Shown one piece after another: positions 51,160 through 61,292 of a stretch of 64,000 bases of DNA. How positions within the stretch are numbered: position 1 is the stretch's first letter; each line of letters starts with the position of its first letter. Source of the DNA: Opitutia bacterium (GTDB lineage Bacteria > Verrucomicrobiota > Verrucomicrobiia > Opitutales > Seribacteraceae). Below the pieces are notes generated by a model. That model was not told where the DNA came from. It saw only the letters and a program-made list of their open reading frames with translations, and ran no database searches. Made by a program: the position numbers and the translations under genes. The stretch is from positions 502-64,501 of the forward strand of contig JABGWU010000370.1 of NCBI GenBank assembly GCA_018645475.1, given 5' to 3'.

Positions 51160-52294
51160 AAAGTCTTTTTGCCTTTTCTAAGAATCCTTCATCTGCTTGT
51201 AAATCTTCCTCACCTGAAGCTTTAGCAAATTCGATAAGTTTTTCTTTTTGTTCCTTTGTGAGTTTTTTGGGAATATGAATGATAATTCTTGCATATAGGT
51301 CACCATTACGGGAAGGAGAGCGTAAATTGGGCATCCCTTTATCTTTGATTCTGAAAGTCTTATTAGCTTGTGTACCGCTTGGAATTTTTAATGAAACTTT
51401 TCCATCAAGGGTCGGTACTTGAACCATGCCACCTAAAGTTGCAAGCGTGAATGGAATTAATATATCATGGAAAAGATCATCTTCATCACGATCAAATTTA
51501 TCGTGTTTCTTAATTCTTACATCTACATAGAGATCCCCAGATGAACCACCCGTGGATCCAGCATCACCACGCCCTCTAGAACAAAGACGATTTCCATCAC
51601 TCACTCCTGGCGGAATATTTACTTTTACATTCGCTGGTGATTTTACTCTACCATCGCCTTTACAGTTTTGACATGGGTTTTCAATCGTTACTCCATTTCC
51701 TTTACATGTTGGGCATGTTCTTCGGATGCTTATAAAACCTTGGTTCGATGCAACTTGACCAATGCCACCACAGGTTGAGCACATAGATTTACCGGATCCT
51801 GTTTTTGCACCGGTTCCTGAGCATGGTTTACAAGGTGCATGGCGTTGGTATTTGATTTCTTTTTCGACACCCTTGGAAGCTTGTTCGAGAGATATTTCCA
51901 CACTAACCCTTAAATCCGATCCCCTTGACCCTTCATTCACACTTTGAGAAGAACCCCCACCAAAAAAATCTTCAAAAATACTACCGAATCCACCACTCCC
52001 TCCACCACCGCCAAACGCGTCTCTAAAAAGATCAAACGGGTCAACCCCTTGACCTCCGCTATGGCCACTGCGAAAAGCATCATGACCGAATTGATCATAT
52101 TTCCTTCTTTTGTCAGGATCTTTTAAAATTTCAAAGGCGGAAGAAATTTCTTTAAACTTTTCTTCAGCGGAATTATCACCAGGGTTCTTATCAGGGTGGT
52201 ATTTAACCGCGAGTTTTCTATATGCTTTTTTAATTTCAGAATCACTAGCATTTCTATCAACGCCAAGAATTTCGTAATAATCTTTATCAGACAT
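51152..52294 (-). CDS. dnaJ: Chaperone DnaJ
   Basis: J domain HPD; G/F-rich region; four CxxCxGxG repeats. Confidence 0.98.
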   Translation of the reverse strand: MSDKDYYEILGVDRNASDSEIKKAYRKLAVKYHPDKNPGDNSAEEKFKEISSAFEILKDPDKRRKYDQFGHDAFRSGHSGGQGVDPFDLFRDAFGGGGGSGGFGSIFEDFFGGGSSQSVNEGSRGSDLRVSVEISLEQASKGVEKEIKYQRHAPCKPCSGTGAKTGSGKSMCSTCGGIGQVASNQGFISIRRTCPTCKGNGVTIENPCQNCKGDGRVKSPANVKVNIPPGVSDGNRLCSRGRGDAGSTGGSSGDLYVDVRIKKHDKFDRDEDDLFHDILIPFTLATLGGMVQVPTLDGKVSLKIPSGTQANKTFRIKDKGMPNLRSPSRNGDLYARIIIHIPKKLTKEQKEKLIEFAKASGEEDLQADEGFLEKAKRLFD

Positions 52295-52297
52295 ATT

Positions 52298-52882
52298 TTA
52301 GTTCTCTTCTTTTTTGCCCTTAGATAAAATAACGCTTGCTGGGCGCAATAATTTGTCACCCAGTTTGTATCCTTCCCTAATCGTTCTAATTACAATGCCT
52401 TCTCCTATGATGTCGTCATTTTCATAACTTATTGCATCATGAATCTTAGGGTCAAACGGTTTATTCGTAGATTCGACAACATGAAGCCCGTATTCATTAA
52501 GTGTTGTGTGCATCAAGTTCATCGCCATCGAGAATCCTTCAACATAAGTTTTAGCACTTTCGTGTTTGGATGCTTCTGCGAGCCCCATTTTAAATGAATC
52601 AATAATAGGAAGAAGGTCACCAATTATTTGTGATCTCGTTCTCTGTACTGCATCTTCACGTTCCTTGATTGATCTTTTTTTAATATTTTCTAAATCGGCG
52701 TGAACCCTTAAATATTTATTCTGAAGATCATCTTGTTTACCGTAAGCTTCATTTAATTTTGTTTCTAATCTGTCTTTCGTCTCTTCTTCATGACATTTGT
52801 CATTTTGATTAGATTCTGATGTCTCTTGTTCATCTTCTGAATAAATTTCTTTATTTTCTTTTTCGTCAGTGTTGTCTTCCAT
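52298..52882 (-). CDS. grpE: Nucleotide exchange factor GrpE
   Basis: LRVHADLENIKKR; FDPKIHDA; GYKLGDKLLRPASV. Confidence 0.96.
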   Translation of the reverse strand: MEDNTDEKENKEIYSEDEQETSESNQNDKCHEEETKDRLETKLNEAYGKQDDLQNKYLRVHADLENIKKRSIKEREDAVQRTRSQIIGDLLPIIDSFKMGLAEASKHESAKTYVEGFSMAMNLMHTTLNEYGLHVVESTNKPFDPKIHDAISYENDDIIGEGIVIRTIREGYKLGDKLLRPASVILSKGKKEEN

Positions 52883-52934
52883 AATTAAAATTCATTAAAA
52901 TAACAGATCAAAAAAACTTTAATAACTCTTGGGG

Positions 52935-53921
52935 TCAATGGGAAAGAGTGCAGTCTAAATTTTGTTGATTTACAAAATGATCCGTTACGAGAAGGATGGA
53001 ATCCTCTAAAATTGTCAGTTCACATGCAGAAAAGTAGGGAGACATAATTTGTTCTCCCTTATGAATGTAAGCGTCGTCAATTTTTAAATGTCCTTCAATT
53101 AGGTGCAACAGAACACATTCAATGTTTTCTTTTTTGATTAAGAATTTACTACCTTTTTTCAAATTATGTTTTATGATTCTGAAATTCTCACAATTTGCTA
53201 ATTCTATTTGTTCAAGATCATTTGTGTGTTTAATTATTCGTGGTTTTGTGTCTTTAAAATTAATACTTTGGAGTGATTGTTCCAAATGTAGTTTTCTTGG
53301 CTTGTTATTTAGGTCAACTCTACCCCAGTCGTAAACTCTGTATGTAGTATCAGAATTTTGTTGAATTTCTAAAATTAAATTTCCCTTATCAATTGCGTGA
53401 ATTCTTCCACTTTCAACTAAAATTGAGTCTCCCTTGCATGAATTTGTTCTGAAACAAAGAGATTCAGCCATATTATTCTGGAGAGCCTTTCGAAATATTT
53501 TTTTGTCTGTAGGTTTTTTAAACCCAATAAATAATCCTGCTTTTTCAGTAGAGTTAGCAATATACCAGTTTTCAGTTTTCGGTTGTCCGCCAAGTTGTTT
53601 GGCAATCTCCTCGGGAGGGTGTACCTGCAAGCTTAGCCTTTCTTTGCAATCTAACCATTTTACTAGAATGGGAAATGCGGCGTTTGGGTCCCAATTTGGT
53701 CCCATGATGCCATGGCAATCGTTTAAAATGATTTGTCTCAGGGAACATCCTTTATGATTGCCAGTACTTACAAATGATTGATCTCTAGGTCTATCTACAA
53801 TTTCCCAAGATTCCCCTATTCGGGAAGATTGTAGTTCAATTTTCCTGTTGAACTGATTTTTGATATATGTGCCACCCCATGGCCTGATTTTATAAAGAGG
53901 TTCAAACTTGAAAATAACCAT
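52935..53921 (-). CDS. manA: Class I mannose-6-phosphate isomerase
   Basis: PWGG; IGESWEI; LSLQVHP; KTENWY; GRIHAI; EIQQNSDTTYRVYDW. Confidence 0.9.
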   Translation of the reverse strand: MVIFKFEPLYKIRPWGGTYIKNQFNRKIELQSSRIGESWEIVDRPRDQSFVSTGNHKGCSLRQIILNDCHGIMGPNWDPNAAFPILVKWLDCKERLSLQVHPPEEIAKQLGGQPKTENWYIANSTEKAGLFIGFKKPTDKKIFRKALQNNMAESLCFRTNSCKGDSILVESGRIHAIDKGNLILEIQQNSDTTYRVYDWGRVDLNNKPRKLHLEQSLQSINFKDTKPRIIKHTNDLEQIELANCENFRIIKHNLKKGSKFLIKKENIECVLLHLIEGHLKIDDAYIHKGEQIMSPYFSACELTILEDSILLVTDHFVNQQNLDCTLSH

Positions 53922-53992
53922 AAAGTTCTATTTTATAATTTCTATGTGGTGTGAAATGAAAACTTTAACAGAAATCTATGCTAAGGGATTGA

Positions 53993-56599
53993 ATGACAAA
54001 GGCAATGACTGAAAAGAAGCTGTCCATTCAAAAAGCATCACCACAAAAACAACTTTTACAAAGTTTTACATATGCAATTCTTGCTATTTTAACTTTTACA
54101 TCATTGTGCGATTACAATCCTGATAGTTATCATTCATCTCCTGGGGCTGAAACTACACTATTATTAGGACAATTTGGTGTAATTGTTGCTCGATACATTT
54201 TGAGTATATTTGGAATTTCCGCTTGGTTATTACCGTGGGTCTTTGGAATTCTTAGTTATTTGTCTTATAACAAAACTCACAAAAAAGAAAAGTTTATCAA
54301 ATTTTCGACTTTAATTGCTTCGATGTTATGCATTTGTATTTTGGCAAATATCCGAGATATACAAATACGGGAAGGCGGAGGAAGTAGCCTATTCGATCCA
54401 ACGAAGTACGAGCATGGAGCAGGCGGTTCTATAGGAGCCATTTTCTACTCAGGGTTACCTCTTCAGGCTACAAGTGAAACACAAGTCGGTGGATTTTTAA
54501 AGTTATGGCTAGGTAGTTTAGGTTCTATTTTCTTTTCCTCTATTTTCCTTTTATTTTGCCTGTCATTTCATTTTTCTTTTGCCCCGCTTCAACATATTGC
54601 ATCACGCATAAAGTTTTTCAGACAAACGCTCAAAACAAATTCTCAAATTCAGAACAATGAGAAAAAAAATGAAGGTGGACTTGAGAAGGAGCAAAATATC
54701 AAACAACCAATTTCTACCATTTTATCTAAGAGGAAATGGAGTTTCCCATGGCAAAAAAATGAAGACGATGAAGATCCATTATTTAGTGATGTTTCAAAGA
54801 ATGTAGCACAAAAGACGATCACTTCTAAAAAAGAGATAAAATCTACTTCACCTATATCTATTGAAGAGACCATTAATCCTGTTCAGGATGTGATTAATTC
54901 TAAAGATGAAATCGAAGAGAATGAAAGTATAGATAAAATTAACAAGGAGGAATCTATGGAATCAATAGATGATTCTTCAAAACATGATTCTGATATTGAA
55001 CCATCAGGTGGGATGGAGGGGTTTAGGGTTGTTCGAGCTGCAAAGACAGAAAAAGCAGCTGATTTGTTCCCCGAAAGAAAAGGAGATTATCATTTCCCTC
55101 CTATGGAGCTCTTAATGGAGCCTCCTGAAGAAGAAGCCATTGGTGACGAGGATCATATTCTAAAGGCAAAGAGATTACAGGACACTTTAAAAGAGTTTAA
55201 AATAGAAGTTGAAATGGGAGAAGTTCATACGGGACCCGTAATTACAAGATATGATTTACACCCTGCTGCAGGTGTCCGTGTTGAAAAAATTGCCAACTTA
55301 GATAAGAATTTGGCAATGGCACTTAAGGCAGATAGCGTTCGGATTCTTGCACCTGTTCCTGGAAAGGGATGTGTTGGAATTGAAGTGCCTAACGCAATTC
55401 CTATGCCTGTCTGCATGAAAGAGATCCTTCAATCTAAAGCATGGCATGAAGCAGGTGCTAAAATACCGATTGTTTTGGGGAAAGAAGCAAGTGGGAGGCC
55501 ATTAGTAGCTGATTTAACAAAAATGCCACACTTATTGGTTGCTGGTTCAACAGGCTCTGGAAAAACAGTTTGTATAAACGCGATTATTGCCTCCCTGTGT
55601 TATCATTCTAGTCCAGAAGATGTTAGGTTTATCATGGTCGATCCTAAAATCGTTGAAATGAAAGTTTACAACGATTTACCACACATGTTGATCCCAGTGG
55701 TTACAGATCCTAAAAAAGTCCCAGGTGCTTTAAAGTGGCTCCTCATTGAAATGGAGAGGCGTTATCAAATTTTTTCAAAAATAGGTGTGCGAAATATCGC
55801 AGGTTTTAACGCGAAGATTCTAAAAGATAAGGCAGAAAAAGAAAAAGCTCAATTAATGGATGCTGAGATGACGCCTGAAGAACGTGCAGCATTGAATACC
55901 ATAGAGGTACCAAGAGATGACGAAGCATTGGAAATTCCAGAAAATAAATTACCTTATATTGTTTGCATAATTGATGAATTAGCGGATTTAATGATGGTTG
56001 CACAAGCAGATGTAGAAACTGGAATCGCTCGACTTGCTCAACTTGCTCGTGCCGCAGGCATTCACCTTATTATTGCTACGCAGAGACCATCCGTAAATGT
56101 AATAACTGGTGTAATTAAGGCGAATTTGCCTAGTCGAATATCGTTTAGAGTCGCATCCTACAGGGATAGTCAGACAATTTTAGATGGTAAAGGTGCAGAA
56201 GCTTTGATTGGAAAGGGTGATATGCTTTTTATACCTCCCGGTAGTTCTACTTTTGCAAGAGCACAGGGGGCGTTTGTAAGTGATGATGAGATTAATGGAA
56301 TTGTAGATTATTTGAAAATTAATGGTCCTCCTCAAATCATAGAAGAAGTTCGTGAACAAATCGAGTCTGCAGGTGAAGATGATGTTCTTGGTGGAAATGA
56401 TGATTCTGACGACGACCCAATGACAAGAAAAGCCATTGAGGTAATACGATCAACAAAACGAGCTTCAACTTCCAATCTACAAAGAAAACTTAGTATAGGG
56501 TATAATCGGGCAGCACGAATTATGGATGACTTAGAAGATAGAGGTCTAGTTGGACCAGATGTAGCGGGGCAAGGACGAGAAATTTTAATGGATTTATGA
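53993..56599 (+). CDS. ftsK: DNA translocase FtsK
   Basis: N-terminal 4 TMs; [14 protein letters not shown]; [10 protein letters not shown]; ATQRPS; gamma domain [14 protein letters not shown]. Confidence 0.97.
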   Translation: MTKAMTEKKLSIQKASPQKQLLQSFTYAILAILTFTSLCDYNPDSYHSSPGAETTLLLGQFGVIVARYILSIFGISAWLLPWVFGILSYLSYNKTHKKEKFIKFSTLIASMLCICILANIRDIQIREGGGSSLFDPTKYEHGAGGSIGAIFYSGLPLQATSETQVGGFLKLWLGSLGSIFFSSIFLLFCLSFHFSFAPLQHIASRIKFFRQTLKTNSQIQNNEKKNEGGLEKEQNIKQPISTILSKRKWSFPWQKNEDDEDPLFSDVSKNVAQKTITSKKEIKSTSPISIEETINPVQDVINSKDEIEENESIDKINKEESMESIDDSSKHDSDIEPSGGMEGFRVVRAAKTEKAADLFPERKGDYHFPPMELLMEPPEEEAIGDEDHILKAKRLQDTLKEFKIEVEMGEVHTGPVITRYDLHPAAGVRVEKIANLDKNLAMALKADSVRILAPVPGKGCVGIEVPNAIPMPVCMKEILQSKAWHEAGAKIPIVLGKEASGRPLVADLTKMPHLLVAGSTGSGKTVCINAIIASLCYHSSPEDVRFIMVDPKIVEMKVYNDLPHMLIPVVTDPKKVPGALKWLLIEMERRYQIFSKIGVRNIAGFNAKILKDKAEKEKAQLMDAEMTPEERAALNTIEVPRDDEALEIPENKLPYIVCIIDELADLMMVAQADVETGIARLAQLARAAGIHLIIATQRPSVNVITGVIKANLPSRISFRVASYRDSQTILDGKGAEALIGKGDMLFIPPGSSTFARAQGAFVSDDEINGIVDYLKINGPPQIIEEVREQIESAGEDDVLGGNDDSDDDPMTRKAIEVIRSTKRASTSNLQRKLSIGYNRAARIMDDLEDRGLVGPDVAGQGREILMDL

Positions 56600-56648
56600 A
56601 ATCTCAGCTTGCCAATTTCATAGAAGAGATAAAAACTTAGCAAATAAT

Positions 56649-57434
56649 ATGGCAATAGGGCAAAAATTAGAAGAAGCACGCAACAGAAAAGGAATATCTT
56701 TACGGGAGGCGTCTGAGAGTACCAAGATTAGAGGTGATTATTTAAGTGCGTTCGAATCTAGTAGTTTTGATATTAAACTGCCCGAAGTCTACCTTAGGGG
56801 CTTTGTTCGTTTATATGCTCGTTTTCTAGATTTAGATCAAGAAGCGGTTCTTGCTGATCTTGATCTTGAGCTTGGCAACACAAGTAGTAAATCATCAAAA
56901 AAATCTTTAGGGTCAATTACCAGTAACGAAACAGAGAGTTCAGAATTTTCCAACAAAAAAACTTCATCAAATTCTAAAAATACAGGAGGTTACCGAACAC
57001 TACAAAAGCCTATAATTTTGGTTGTCAGTTTCCTGCTTTTGCTAATTTTAATAATTGCCCTTTTAATTTCTGCTTTTAGTGATACTGATGAAGATAAAAT
57101 AATCTCTGATCAGCCTACAAACCAAGGCTCGGTAAAGGAAAACATTCCAAATTCTGAATCAAACCAAGCAAATATTAATAGTATTGTTTCTGAAACTTTT
57201 GTACTAAAACTAGCTGCTATTGGTCCTATTTCATTATTAATTATAGACGATCAAGGAAATGGAAACCCAATGGATTTTAAGGGTCTTGATGTTGGATGGG
57301 AAAGCGAAATTACAATTTCTAAATCTTTCCGATGCCATTGCTCCGATTTAGAAAATCTACGATTTGCGATTGATGATGGTAAGGAAAAAAAAGTGGACGG
57401 AAGTGGCGCAGGTAACTTCAGTTGGAGTCCTTAA
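56649..57434 (+). CDS. RodZ-like HTH membrane protein
   Basis: GQKLEEAR...[12 protein letters not shown]...[13 protein letters not shown]; single TM; downstream of ftsK. Confidence 0.8.
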   Translation: MAIGQKLEEARNRKGISLREASESTKIRGDYLSAFESSSFDIKLPEVYLRGFVRLYARFLDLDQEAVLADLDLELGNTSSKSSKKSLGSITSNETESSEFSNKKTSSNSKNTGGYRTLQKPIILVVSFLLLLILIIALLISAFSDTDEDKIISDQPTNQGSVKENIPNSESNQANINSIVSETFVLKLAAIGPISLLIIDDQGNGNPMDFKGLDVGWESEITISKSFRCHCSDLENLRFAIDDGKEKKVDGSGAGNFSWSP

Positions 57435-57567
57435 CCAAAGTTTATGTTACCACCCTACGTGCCTAAGCAGATCGCTTTGGATTAAATATTTATCTCGTTC
57501 TAGTTAAGATAGGACGAATCTAATGATTTTATAGACTTTTAGAATGAAGTTCAGTGCAATCAAAGAA

Positions 57568-58722
57568 TCAATCGTCGACTAATATTTTCTTTGCAAACCA
57601 AAACCAAGTATTGCCTTTAGTTATAGCGGAAAATTCAATTTTAGCTAAAGAGTCATCATTTTTCACAAGCTTAAGAGTCACATCTTTAATGTTTTGATTA
57701 TCAATTATATTACTGACCGCTTCTCTGCCAATGTCTAAATCCTGGGGGCATATAAAGTTTAGAAATGGCTTTCCCTTAAGAACGTCCGTAGGATAACCAA
57801 GAAAATCTGACCATTCTGAATCGTTTCCGTGAAAAACAATTTCTCCATTAACAATTTCCATCGTTCCAGAAAAATCAGAGTCGATCGATAAACCATCGAG
57901 GGTAAAAGATTTCTCTTCTGTCGGAACTGATCCCTTCATGGAAAGTTTAAAATTTTGGTAATGCTTTGGAGTGATATCAATTCTTTTTTTGAATGCTCTG
58001 TGAAAGTAGTGGACACTTTCAAAACCGCAGGCAACCGATACTTGCTTTACGCTTACTTTCGTCGCCGAAAGCATTTTTTTAGCTTGTATTATTCTAGTTT
58101 TTATTAGGTCTTCAGTAGGACTAGTTTTAAATTCCTGTTTATACAGAGAAGCAAAACGACTACAGCTGAGGCCTAACTTATCAGCCATTTTTTTGATAGT
58201 CCATGGTAGGTGGAAACTCTCATGAATTTCTGAGCGAAGATCCCTTAATTTTTGTGAATGATCAGGCATCGATAATACAAAATCCTGCTTTGAAAACCGG
58301 ATAATTTTTGTTAAAAGTTCATCTAGTGTTGAAGCAACTACTCGGTCCCATAACATATCCAATGCTCTACATTCTTTAGAGATTTTTTCTAAAAGGGCGT
58401 CAATGAAGTAGGATTGGAGGGGAGAGTGAATTTCATTCGTTTCTATACCAATTTGATTAACTAATCTTGAAGCATCAGAACCTTTAAACGACAGTGCGTC
58501 ATAATTCCATTGTTTACCTTTGCTTTTGATGTAGTGTGGAAACCCTGGTGCAATGAGTATGCAATCACCTGCGTCTACATCATGTAGTCCGATTTTAGTT
58601 TTAACTAAGACGGGATCTTTAAAAAAGTAAAGAGTGTAATCCCTTCTTCCTTTGACTAATTCAATTAAATCAGTGTCCTTTTGTTTGACTGAAATGTCGC
58701 AAGCAATGATTCTAATTTTCAT
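57568..58722 (-). CDS. AraC-family regulator with C-terminal PAS-like domain
   Basis: Cupin-like N-terminus; HTH (WTIKKMADKLGLS...CGFESVHYFHRAFKKRIDITPKHY); C-terminal N..WSDFLGYPTDVLKGKPFLNFICPQD...KNDDS. Confidence 0.88.
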   Translation of the reverse strand: MKIRIIACDISVKQKDTDLIELVKGRRDYTLYFFKDPVLVKTKIGLHDVDAGDCILIAPGFPHYIKSKGKQWNYDALSFKGSDASRLVNQIGIETNEIHSPLQSYFIDALLEKISKECRALDMLWDRVVASTLDELLTKIIRFSKQDFVLSMPDHSQKLRDLRSEIHESFHLPWTIKKMADKLGLSCSRFASLYKQEFKTSPTEDLIKTRIIQAKKMLSATKVSVKQVSVACGFESVHYFHRAFKKRIDITPKHYQNFKLSMKGSVPTEEKSFTLDGLSIDSDFSGTMEIVNGEIVFHGNDSEWSDFLGYPTDVLKGKPFLNFICPQDLDIGREAVSNIIDNQNIKDVTLKLVKNDDSLAKIEFSAITKGNTWFWFAKKILVDD

Positions 58723-58983
58723 ATGTCTTATCTTAATAATTGATTGTTGACAATATTAATATAGGATTCGAGATATAAGTCAACTTTTATATCAATAGTT
58801 CTTAAATTCAAGTTTATAATTGAAGGATGTAATAACAAAATTGATATATTTTATCTAACACCTCATGCATATACATTGCGTTTAATGTAAAGCACAGCAA
58901 TATAGTATAAAAGTCGTGAATACTATATAAACTTTTTAGTATGTCCTAACTGATGAAAATTTAGAATAAAGGAAAAACAGGAA

Positions 58984-59286
58984 TTATTGATCCGCATTCG
59001 GGTCAACACATTTAGGTCCTTTCAATGCGTCAATTTGTCCAACTAATTGTGGATAGTTTTCTGCTTCTTCATTAAGTGTTACCCAATCTTGTAGCTCATC
59101 TGGCACATCCATGTCAGGATAAATAGCTTCCACAGGGCATTCATCCATACAAGCGTTACAGTCGATGCAAGTTTCTGGATTTATGTAAAGCCTGTCCGGG
59201 AGTTCATGAAATGCATCAACTGGACAAACAGAAACACAACTTGTAAATTTACAATCAACACATTTTTCAGTTACTATGTAAGTCAT
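58984..59286 (-). CDS. 7Fe/8Fe dicluster ferredoxin (FdxA-type)
   Basis: CVDCKFTSCVSVCPVDAF and CIDCNACMDECP. Confidence 0.93.
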   Translation of the reverse strand: MTYIVTEKCVDCKFTSCVSVCPVDAFHELPDRLYINPETCIDCNACMDECPVEAIYPDMDVPDELQDWVTLNEEAENYPQLVGQIDALKGPKCVDPNADQ

Positions 59287-59308
59287 TTTAATACTTGTGG
59301 TTAATTAT

Positions 59309-59659
59309 TTAAAAAAATCGAACTGGCGAACCTTCTTGAGCCTCTTTTGCCTGTCTTTCATGTTCCTCGTCTGAACAAGGAGAATTAGTTGGGGCATTTG
59401 CTGTGGTGGAAGTTTCGTGTACGAAATTGTTCGAAAGAAGGTAATTTTCAACTTCTTCTCCGCTCACATCTGCAAGCATAATACCGTCTACCTCGACACA
59501 CGGTGATAGAGGTTGCGAAGATTTCTCAACCATTTCTGCATATAAATCTTGGTTGTTGATTATATCAAGATCTTCATATTCAAGTGAATATTTTTCCATG
59601 ATAGCGCGAACGCCCATGCTCCATCCACACTGTGGTTTCAAATACGCTTTAATTTTCAT
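59309..59659 (-). CDS. Monothiol glutaredoxin-like protein
   Basis: LKPQCGWS active-site motif; SQPLSPCVEVDG cis-Pro region. Confidence 0.8.
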   Translation of the reverse strand: MKIKAYLKPQCGWSMGVRAIMEKYSLEYEDLDIINNQDLYAEMVEKSSQPLSPCVEVDGIMLADVSGEEVENYLLSNNFVHETSTTANAPTNSPCSDEEHERQAKEAQEGSPVRFF

Positions 59660-59701
59660 ACGATTTTAATAAATTAAAAAAATCAAAAAAGCAAATACAA
59701 G

Positions 59702-60544
59702 GTGATTGTTAAAGGGAATAAACATCGAGTCTTCCAAATTTTTGATTTTATTAATATTATAAATTTAGATGCTGCGTTAGTAATTTTATTTTGGACAGAA
59801 TTAATTTGTAATGATTTAGGAATATCTCCTAACCAAATTCCCAAACTTGTTTTTTTCTTTTGTACATGGTTGGGATATAGTGCTGATAGGTTCTTGGAAA
59901 TTTTTGGAAGGGTGCAGGATTCTATTACTTCTAAAAGACATTTGATTTTTAGAAATAACAAGAAAGTTTTTATGTTAGTTTGGTTTTCGATGCTTGTATT
60001 TTCAATTTACCTTTCGGTTAAATGCTTTTCATCTCTTCAAATATTTTATTGTTTGGGTCTTTTAGTTTTCGTTATTCTAAATCAATTTCAAAGTCTTTAT
60101 CAGATCCCTTGTGTCGAACTAATGTTTCCAAAGAATATCCGAACTTCTTTGATTCTATCTTTAACCTGTTGTTATTTGCCTTTTTTTTTAATTAAAGAAT
60201 TTTCAAGTGAATTAATTTTTCTACTAATAATTTTAGGAGTATTATTTTGGATTAATTGCTCTAAAATAAAATCTTGGGAAAACTCGGCTAAATATCGTCA
60301 GGGCAATGTTATTGAAAATTACAAACTTCAAAAGTTAGCTAAAGTGATCACTGCAATACTGGTAGCAAGTTTTATTATTTCATTTAGTATGGAATTTTTT
60401 TTTACGGAAATAGGTTTTGTTCTGACGATACTTATTTTAGCATATTTGGACAGATCGAAACTTGAACCTAATCTGAAGAGAGTTCTCTTGGATCAAGTAT
60501 ATTGGATGATTCCATCGTTAATTCTTTTGCTAAGATGGCTATAA
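59702..60544 (+). CDS. Membrane protein, UbiA prenyltransferase-like
   Basis: Multi-TM; NLDAALV; W.GYSADR; RH.F. Confidence 0.55.
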   Translation: MIVKGNKHRVFQIFDFINIINLDAALVILFWTELICNDLGISPNQIPKLVFFFCTWLGYSADRFLEIFGRVQDSITSKRHLIFRNNKKVFMLVWFSMLVFSIYLSVKCFSSLQIFYCLGLLVFVILNQFQSLYQIPCVELMFPKNIRTSLILSLTCCYLPFFLIKEFSSELIFLLIILGVLFWINCSKIKSWENSAKYRQGNVIENYKLQKLAKVITAILVASFIISFSMEFFFTEIGFVLTILILAYLDRSKLEPNLKRVLLDQVYWMIPSLILLLRWL

Positions 60545-61173
60545 ACTTCAATGGAGTTGCTCGATTTTACAACTTTAGTGAAAAGTTTTTTTTCGGTAAC
60601 TTGCTTGATCGTTCAAGAAATAGATTTCTAAATTATTGCACTAAAATTAATTCGATTCTCATTTTGGGTGAGGGTTGTGGTCAATTTTTAATTGAACTTC
60701 TGCGAGTTAACGAATTTTGTGAGGTTTCCATTATTGAATCTTCTAGTGAGATGATTTGTATTCAAAAGTGCTTACTATTAGAAAAAGATATCGATAGGGT
60801 TTCGTTTCATTGTATCCCTATTGATGAGCTTATTGTAAGTAAATCATTTGATTTAATATGTACCCATTTTTTTTGGGATTGTTTTTCATACCGGGAGATT
60901 TCGACATTTTTACCCTATTACACAAAACTATTGAAGAAAGATGGTATTTGGCTAAATTCAGATTTTGTAGATTCCGACAATAGACTATTGCATGCGGATT
61001 TTTTAAAAATTCGTCTAATGTATTGGTTTTTTAGAATAACTACTGGAATTCGTGCACGAAAAGTTGAACCTTTTTACCATCATGCGATAAAAAATTCTTT
61101 ACAATTAATAGATCATGACGAAATAAGATCAGGATTTATAAAATCTGAAGTTTTTAAAAAGTCGCTTAATTAA
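60535..61173 (+). CDS. Class I SAM-dependent methyltransferase
   Basis: FNGVARFY; LILGEGCGQF; FDLICTHFFWDCF; DGIWLNSDF. Confidence 0.8.
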   Translation: MAINFNGVARFYNFSEKFFFGNLLDRSRNRFLNYCTKINSILILGEGCGQFLIELLRVNEFCEVSIIESSSEMICIQKCLLLEKDIDRVSFHCIPIDELIVSKSFDLICTHFFWDCFSYREISTFLPYYTKLLKKDGIWLNSDFVDSDNRLLHADFLKIRLMYWFFRITTGIRARKVEPFYHHAIKNSLQLIDHDEIRSGFIKSEVFKKSLN

Positions 61174-61292
61174 TCAAATTTTCTGCTAATTGCCTTGACC
61201 GAAAAAAACCTTCAAGCAAAATAAGTCGTTCCTTTGCTTGAAGAGCAAAATTAAGAGATATACTCAATATCCTTTACCAAATATTTTATTCT

